Shown in pieces: positions 58,038-64,000 of a stretch of DNA of 64,000 bases. The stretch comes from a virus. Every line of letters starts with the position of its first letter. Position 1 is the stretch's first letter. The position numbers and the translations under genes were made by a program. The notes beneath the pieces were generated by a model. That model saw only the letters and a list, made by a program, of their open reading frames with translations. It ran no database searches and had not been told where the DNA came from. The DNA lies in IMG/VR virus record IMGVR_UViG_3300030106_006480, positions 1 to 64,000 of that record; one strand, given 5' to 3'.

Positions 58038-59633
58038 ATGGCTAAGAAAAATTCTTTTGGTTTTTCTTTTACCGGTTCTTCTGCTTCATTTGCAAATGTA
58101 AATGATTACAATGCAAATAAAATAAAACCAATAACAACGGAATTTTCCAAAGGCTCTATTCCAGATTCAATTTATACATCAAATAGAGAAGCTTCTTGGA
58201 GTCGTTGGAGAAGGGGATATGAGCTTGCTGTAGGCTTAACTGAAAGTAATGATTATATATACCCTTTTAAATATGAAGTGCCTGAATCTACTACTAGTGG
58301 TAATCCCACTCCTACTATTTCAGGGGCTTTTGTAGGCTTTCCTACTGTTAATAGAGACCTGGGAATGCAATGGGCAGTCTGGAGATATGCAGGAAGTTTT
58401 AGGACAGATTCAGCAATAGATCCAGATTCAGGTAGCTTTTTATCTGTTAAAACAGTTACAGAAGATGATAACTATTGGTTTGTAACTCTTGAAGGAAACT
58501 GGAGTTTGATTAATCCTTTACCATCGCCTTTCTTCATTCCAGTTTCTGGTCAACCCGATGGATTAGAGCCGGCAACAACTGAGATTTTTGAAGACAGAAT
58601 AGTTGAGTTAAGTGGAGAGTTAATTAACAAAGAGACAATAAATCCGGAAACACAAACACGTTATGGTTATATTCAAGCTGTTCTAATTGATTCCAATCCT
58701 TATACAGGTGTTCTTAAATTTAGAAAAGCAGGTTCTGTAGAAATAACTCCTGATGCAACTTATGTAACTCCTGCAACCCAAGGATTTAGAGTAGGAAGGT
58801 TTTTAAATACAGGTTCAAGATATTGTTGTACATGTCAAGACTTTACTCATAGAGATTATGCATTTATAAGCAATTTAAGTGAGAGTGATAAAAAGCGTTT
58901 TCCACGCTCTAATATTGCCAGTATTAAACCTGGCAGACATGAAAGCGTTACTTTAACTGGAGCAATAAATAATAGTGCAATGACATCTATAGATCTTGAT
59001 CGCTTTCTTGATGTCGTTTCACCTGAAAATTTTCAAGTAGGATACACAGTTCAATCTAGTGGTGAAACGGTTACAAATAATCCGCATAGAGATAATCCAG
59101 GAATTTTTAGAGAATTTGGATCTACTTATACAAGAAGTACAACAAATATTTCAGTTTCAGGTTCTAATGCAGAAGGTATTCCTAAGTACAATGATTACGA
59201 CTCACTGCAGCTTACTGTTGACTTTTCTGTTTTAAAGCAAGATATTCTTTTGACTTTGACAGATAACTGGACACCTTTATTAGATGAACTTAGATATTGC
59301 AAACATATTTATGCTCTTAAGTTTAAAGATCGTTTATTTCCACCAGAACCTTCAGACTTCCCTGTGGGCATGGGCAGCATGGTGGAATGGGAAGAAAAAT
59401 TAGTAGCTAAAACGCAAAGTGATAGAGAACGTGCGCAACAAAATTATGAAACTATAAGGGCTTTGGGAACAATGGATGTCCCTCCCTATAATGCTCAATC
59501 TCCTGTTCTATACCCAATGCTTCAAAAGCTTTTCAATATCACAATAGACAGAATTAGCTTGCGGAATTTTACAATGTTTGATAAAAACAATCAGCCCTAT
59601 ATACCGGCTAGCGGAGAAAAACCAGGTATTTAA
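58038..59633 (+). CDS. Protein with widely spaced SWIM-like Zn motif
   Basis: 'YCCTCQDF' ... 'YCKHIYAL'. Confidence 0.6.
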   Translation: MAKKNSFGFSFTGSSASFANVNDYNANKIKPITTEFSKGSIPDSIYTSNREASWSRWRRGYELAVGLTESNDYIYPFKYEVPESTTSGNPTPTISGAFVGFPTVNRDLGMQWAVWRYAGSFRTDSAIDPDSGSFLSVKTVTEDDNYWFVTLEGNWSLINPLPSPFFIPVSGQPDGLEPATTEIFEDRIVELSGELINKETINPETQTRYGYIQAVLIDSNPYTGVLKFRKAGSVEITPDATYVTPATQGFRVGRFLNTGSRYCCTCQDFTHRDYAFISNLSESDKKRFPRSNIASIKPGRHESVTLTGAINNSAMTSIDLDRFLDVVSPENFQVGYTVQSSGETVTNNPHRDNPGIFREFGSTYTRSTTNISVSGSNAEGIPKYNDYDSLQLTVDFSVLKQDILLTLTDNWTPLLDELRYCKHIYALKFKDRLFPPEPSDFPVGMGSMVEWEEKLVAKTQSDRERAQQNYETIRALGTMDVPPYNAQSPVLYPMLQKLFNITIDRISLRNFTMFDKNNQPYIPASGEKPGI

Positions 59634-59740
59634 CTATTTTATAATAAATTTAAGTCCTATTAAATAGGCTTATAGCGCTTTTATACTCTTCTTGATGATT
59701 CCAACGACTTTCTATAATTGGGCCACAACCCAATAGAGCC

Positions 59741-60166
59741 ATGCTTACTACACAACCCGTTTCAGATCAATGCATTGTTGACGAATACTTTCATCTTTCT
59801 TCACAAAAAAGTAATCGAAAACTAGGGTGGCTTTTAGGAATGATAGCTGTTTACGGAAAGTCTCCAAAAGAACTAGAAGGCTTTACCTGGAACGCTGATA
59901 ACACCATCAATATTAAGGGAAAGAAAAAACCATTATTTCCCCTGCATCCTCAATGGGTGTTTTTGTTTCAGTTAAAAGAAAAGCAGCCACGGAAAAGTGA
60001 CTGCTGGGTTAGCCTTTGCAACGAATTTGAACAAGGAGTAAAAGCAAATGAAATTAAGTTAACAACTTCAAAGCTTTTACTTTCTCACGGAATTCGGAAG
60101 CTAGTCTACCAATACGAAAACGTTAAGCAACCTCCTGTTCTTGAAGAGTCTTTTGTACATTCTTGA
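59741..60166 (+). CDS. Degenerate tyrosine-recombinase-like protein
   Basis: 'GWLLGMIAVYGKSPKEL', 'PLHPQWVFLFQL', 'LLSHGIR' resemble cyanobacterial integrase boxes with the catalytic Arg residues missing. Confidence 0.5.
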   Translation: MLTTQPVSDQCIVDEYFHLSSQKSNRKLGWLLGMIAVYGKSPKELEGFTWNADNTINIKGKKKPLFPLHPQWVFLFQLKEKQPRKSDCWVSLCNEFEQGVKANEIKLTTSKLLLSHGIRKLVYQYENVKQPPVLEESFVHS

Positions 60167-60326
60167 TGTTCCACCTATAGGTGTCACGAGAACGTGTTTC
60201 AGGGAAGGCCGCATAATGCGGTCCTAGCTTAAAAGTGCCATCATCACGCATTTTAAAAAGTTCTTTTCGGTTGATACCGAGGACTTCTTCTGCGATATGA
60301 GGGCGGACCCAGTTTTTGTCGGCCAT
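60123..60326 (-). CDS. Excisionase-like HTH protein
   Basis: 'WVRPHIAEEVLGINRKELFKMRDDGTFKLGPHY...YRWNI'. Confidence 0.6.
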   Translation of the reverse strand: MADKNWVRPHIAEEVLGINRKELFKMRDDGTFKLGPHYAAFPETRSRDTYRWNIKNVQKTLQEQEVA

Positions 60327-60476
60327 AGAAAAGAGGCGTACTTCTTTAAGTTACGCATTAAAAATATAAAGTCAAGTTCTTCTTGCACGATTTCAGCTTT
60401 ACGTTAGTTTTTTGTTTAGTAATGTAAAGTGTCTTTGGTTAGGGCATTTTAGAATATATCAACAGCAGAATAGCGT

Positions 60477-60833
60477 ATGTTTGCAAGCGCGGACGAACCA
60501 CTCGCCCTACTTGTTGAACTAAGACCAAAACACGCTAAAAGGAGGTTTAGAGATGAAATTTATAATGCCTGGGACTATAATTGCGCTTACTGCGGAAAAC
60601 CTGCGACAAGTTTAGATCACATCATTCCCAAATTTAAATCAGGATCTAGCAATAGGAACAATTTGATTCCTGCATGTAGAAGATGTAACGCGAATAAAGG
60701 ATCTATGGATTTAGAAGAATGGTATTGCATTCAAGATTTTTACACTGAAGAAAGATTAGATAGAATAAAAGAATGGATGGAATGTGAAATTATTATCTTT
60801 CCTGATCCAATGTTTTCGTATAACCCTGCATAA
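60477..60833 (+). CDS. HNH endonuclease
   Basis: 'CAYCG...SLDHIIPK..SG...NLIPACRRCNANKG'. Confidence 0.9.
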   Translation: MFASADEPLALLVELRPKHAKRRFRDEIYNAWDYNCAYCGKPATSLDHIIPKFKSGSSNRNNLIPACRRCNANKGSMDLEEWYCIQDFYTEERLDRIKEWMECEIIIFPDPMFSYNPA

Positions 60834-62875
60834 TGGCTGCTCTAACTAGTCTTAATTTTGGAAAACTTTCTGAAGAAGAAGCTCAGCAATTATTAAATCA
60901 ATTTATTCATGGAGGAGCGTTAACCAGCCTGGTCCAGGAACAAACTGACCCTGAGAAAGAAGAAGCTTTCAGAGTACTTGCTGCTAATGTCCTTAAGAGA
61001 ACAACAGAGAAACTAACACAAGAACAGAGGAAGCATCAAGGACTTCAGATGATGTTAGATATGCCTGGTTATTCTGACGTTGTTAATCAAAGTGCTGATA
61101 TTACCCAACAACTTTTAGGAGACACAGGGGTTGGAGGATACTTAAAAATGGCGGGAATGGGAGACCTGGAGAAAAAATTTAAATCAAGTATAGATAAAAG
61201 CTTAGGATTAGGAAACAATGTAATTGTAAATTGGCAAAACTGGTTTGAAGAAGAATTAGAAGATGAATATTTAAAAGACTTTGATAAATTTGAATCATTA
61301 GAAGAAAGAAAAGATTTAATTGGGATTATTAAACGTGCAAACGATAGAGGAGCATCTTTATGGAATCTTGATTTAGATAAACTAGGTGATCCAGACTATA
61401 AGCCTGAATTAACAGAAGCCTTTTTAAATGCAGCTGGTTTTGATAATCAAGAAGAGTTTATAGAATCTTTAGATAAAAATTTATTAAAAGGTGAACTTAC
61501 TGAAGAAGAAATAGAAAAATTAGATAAAACAGATATTAGAGATTTTAAAAGATTGATGGCAGATCAATTGTATTCAAAATATACAGCTGCTATTGAGAAA
61601 AGAAATCAAAACTTAGGTCCCGATGAAACTCCTGTGCAAGCTATGGCATTGCAAGAATTTCTCCAACAAAATTTTCCAACAGCTATAGGACAAAATGAAG
61701 ACGGAACGGATTATGTCATTGGCAGTCCTAATATAGATATAGAAGGATTACAAAATCAAATTAATGAAAAGATCACAAAGTTAGAAGAAGAGTTAGGCAG
61801 TGAAAGTTATCAGATTGAATACAATGGAAAAGAATACACATTTGATCCAGAGTTTACAAGAAATTTTATAGCTGATTATTTAAGGCCACGTTTTGATCAT
61901 TCAAAGTCAATGGCAGAATTTGTAGAATATTTAGGTAATGAAGATACAGGAGAAAATCTTTTAACTACTCAAACAGTATCTACAGCTTTAAAAGAGTACG
62001 GAGAAAAGATGGCGCAAACATATATTGATTATCTACAAACGGAGGGTTCAGAAGAAGGTGCTGCTTTTACACTAGAAGAATTGAAAAACCAAATTCAACA
62101 AGATTTACTCGACAGAGTTAAAGAAGATAAACAAGGTTTTTCGGGTAACGTCTTTATGAATTTTGTGGGACCAGATAAATATGTAGACCTTGTTTTAGAT
62201 AAACTAGGAGTTAAAGATCCAACAAGTGAAGAAGGACAAGAAGCTTTAAAAGAGATGGGGCTATCTGGTGAAGGAAGTTTAGATGACTTAAAAAATACTT
62301 TAAAAGAACAATTGACAGGTTTAGATGCATATGAAATAAGAGAAAAAATTAAAAAGCTTGTAAAAGAAGGTAAAGTGCCTGCTCAAATGGCTTTAGGTGT
62401 TGAATATATTCAAAGAGAAGGAGACAAAGATTTTGGCAAAGAAAAACAAGATGAAACTCAAAATGCTATTTATGAAATGTTTAAAGAATCAGGATATCAA
62501 GGAGACGCAGAAGACTTATTTAATGAAGAGTTTATGGAAGGATTTGATTCAAATTTTTTAAGTCAAGGTCTTTCAGGTGAGTTTAAATTAGACACATCAA
62601 GCCCAGGAGGAATGTTGGCTTCCACTCAAAATTTAATGGGAAGTTTGGGAAATGATGATGACCTTTATAATGTAAGTAAAGCAAATAAAACTCAAGACAT
62701 TGCCAATTATTACAAAACATTTGGCAAAGATAGAAACAAATCCAAAGCTAATGATTTCCTGGGAGGCGATGATTTAATGAATGAAATATCAGGATTAGCA
62801 GGATTTGCTGGAATAGATCTGAGTTCTGGAACAGGAACAGGGTTTGGTAACTTTGGTCAGGCAGGTTACTTCTAA
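60833..62875 (+). CDS. Large acidic helical protein, putative virion component
   Basis: 680 aa, Glu/Asp/Leu-rich, TAATG coupling. Confidence 0.6.
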   Translation: MAALTSLNFGKLSEEEAQQLLNQFIHGGALTSLVQEQTDPEKEEAFRVLAANVLKRTTEKLTQEQRKHQGLQMMLDMPGYSDVVNQSADITQQLLGDTGVGGYLKMAGMGDLEKKFKSSIDKSLGLGNNVIVNWQNWFEEELEDEYLKDFDKFESLEERKDLIGIIKRANDRGASLWNLDLDKLGDPDYKPELTEAFLNAAGFDNQEEFIESLDKNLLKGELTEEEIEKLDKTDIRDFKRLMADQLYSKYTAAIEKRNQNLGPDETPVQAMALQEFLQQNFPTAIGQNEDGTDYVIGSPNIDIEGLQNQINEKITKLEEELGSESYQIEYNGKEYTFDPEFTRNFIADYLRPRFDHSKSMAEFVEYLGNEDTGENLLTTQTVSTALKEYGEKMAQTYIDYLQTEGSEEGAAFTLEELKNQIQQDLLDRVKEDKQGFSGNVFMNFVGPDKYVDLVLDKLGVKDPTSEEGQEALKEMGLSGEGSLDDLKNTLKEQLTGLDAYEIREKIKKLVKEGKVPAQMALGVEYIQREGDKDFGKEKQDETQNAIYEMFKESGYQGDAEDLFNEEFMEGFDSNFLSQGLSGEFKLDTSSPGGMLASTQNLMGSLGNDDDLYNVSKANKTQDIANYYKTFGKDRNKSKANDFLGGDDLMNEISGLAGFAGIDLSSGTGTGFGNFGQAGYF

Positions 62876-63174
62876 TGGCAGACAAACGAAAGAAAGCAGC
62901 TAAAGCAGCTCGACTACATAAAGATAAAATGGCTTGTAATAAGCCTAAAAAGACTGCAAATCATCCAACTAAGTCACATGTTGTTAAAGCCTGTGCAAAC
63001 GGTAAAGAAAAAATTATTAGGTTTGGTCAACAAGGAGTTAAAGGAGCAGGAAAAAATCCTAAATCAGCTAAAGATAAAGCACGTAGGAAGTCATACTATG
63101 CGCGTCATAATGCACAAGATAGTAAGCCAAGTATAATGTCTGCTCGTTATTGGTCTCATAAGGTGAAGTGGTAA
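62875..63174 (+). CDS. Basic conserved-looking phage protein
   Basis: 'KSHVVKA...IIRFGQQG...RRKSYYARH...SARYWS'. Confidence 0.7.
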   Translation: MADKRKKAAKAARLHKDKMACNKPKKTANHPTKSHVVKACANGKEKIIRFGQQGVKGAGKNPKSAKDKARRKSYYARHNAQDSKPSIMSARYWSHKVKW

Positions 63175-63545
63175 TGTTACTTGCAGGACGTTTTGGAGAT
63201 TTAATTAAAGATGCCCCTGAAGTATATCAAGGGTATCAACTAGCAGGAGGTGATACTGCCTCAGAGTTACTTGCAAGAATAAAACCATTAGCACAGTCAA
63301 GAGGCTTCCTTGGTTCAAGTATCACACCAGGATTACAAATGATGGGTTTTAATATTGATGATGTAATGTATGATCGGTTCTCTCCATCAGTAATGTCTGC
63401 ACTCGTACCCAGCACATCCGATAGCGATAGAAGAGCTTTCCAAACATTCAGAGGAGCAGAACCACCAAAAAATCAAGCTAGAAAATATTTAGATCAAAAT
63501 GTTGCTAGATTTTTATCAAGATCTCCTTCAGCAGGAATGATTTAA
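63174..63545 (+). CDS. Hypothetical late protein
   Basis: ATG 63174 in a TAATG coupling. Confidence 0.6.
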   Translation: MLLAGRFGDLIKDAPEVYQGYQLAGGDTASELLARIKPLAQSRGFLGSSITPGLQMMGFNIDDVMYDRFSPSVMSALVPSTSDSDRRAFQTFRGAEPPKNQARKYLDQNVARFLSRSPSAGMI

Positions 63546-63546
63546 C

Positions 63547-63839
63547 ATGGAATCAATTGAGATTGAGTTGCAACCACAAGCAATACGCCTTCTTTATACT
63601 GCAGTTTGTGATGCAATTCAACACTGGCCTGGCTCTCCAGCAAGACCCGCACAAGAGCAAATAGATTTACACGCAATGAAATCTGTATTATTTGCTATGA
63701 TGCTAGAACTTCAATTTGAAGAGCAATGAAAAACATTGATGGCTATGTTCAAGGTCGTCCTAAAAAAACAAAACAAGGACAAGGTAAGCATTCAAAGCCC
63801 AACCATGGCAGGAAAAAATCTAGAGGCCAAGGAAAATAA
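63547..63839 (+). CDS. Two small ORFs (63547-63729; 63726-63839 Lys/Gly-rich, not in track)
   Basis: ATGA coupling. Confidence 0.55.
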
Positions 63840-63875
63840 GCAATAAGTATAATAAATATAAAAGTATTTTTAGAA

Positions 63876-64000
63876 ATGTTTAGTTCAACTGCATATTTTA
63901 GAGCTAATCCTGATGTTGAGTTATTTTATAAAGACTCTAGTAAAAAAGGAATTTTAGGAGCTGATAGTGCTTATGCCAGGAAGTATGGCAGAAGTACCAA
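63876..64000 (+). CDS. Start of an ORF running off the window (MFSSTAYFRANPDV...)
   Basis: TATAAT upstream; frame open to the end. Confidence 0.55.
   Translation, partial: MFSSTAYFRANPDVELFYKDSSKKGILGADSAYARKYGRST

Noticed and set aside
1-64000. Reverse transcriptase/DGR, stop-codon recoding, psbA/hli genes, RNA polymerase
   Set aside because: No such motifs seen; genes are intact in the standard code with dense packing

Overview
This is a 64 kb stretch of an AT-rich tailed dsDNA phage genome, almost certainly a marine cyanophage. It carries a Downstream-peptide/glutamine-II riboswitch with a DUF4278-type peptide, an NblA-like ORF, Dps, ThyX, tRNA-Leu(UAA) and several picocyanobacteria-type micro-ORFs. 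Layout: (1) 1-3 kb, tail-fibre end and GH19-like lysin; (2) ~3-35 kb, mostly minus-strand early/replication arm (GT-B glycosyltransferase, Prim-Pol/SF3 helicase, PD-(D/E)XK exonuclease, GDP-sugar cluster, Gp157-like, SSB-like genes, PolA, ThyX, dozens of small ORFs); (3) ~35.0-35.9 kb, non-coding divergence region with DnaA-box-like sites; (4) 35.9-64 kb, plus-strand morphogenesis arm (Gly-rich putative ejection proteins, TerL, portal, scaffold, major capsid, SLT). The most striking signal not explained by the ORFs is in the early arm. At least 12 intergenic spacers carry structured RNA elements from three repeated families plus one singleton: a 5-copy H-type pseudoknot, a 4-copy UAAGY-bulged stem-loop, a 2-copy tRNA-like element and one long hairpin. 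Nearly all lie just after a stop codon and in front of a G-poor, SD-less leader, which suggests a phage-wide post-transcriptional control or processing system. Other highlights: the complete promoter-riboswitch-peptide unit, a recurring (L/I/V/Y)AG(K/R)(Y/F) motif in late proteins, a 578-nt portal/scaffold overlap, a His-type (ColD/E1-like) sugar dehydratase, and an apparently catalytically dead integrase-like ORF paired with an excisionase-like ORF. All protein calls come from motif recognition by eye; no database searches were run.
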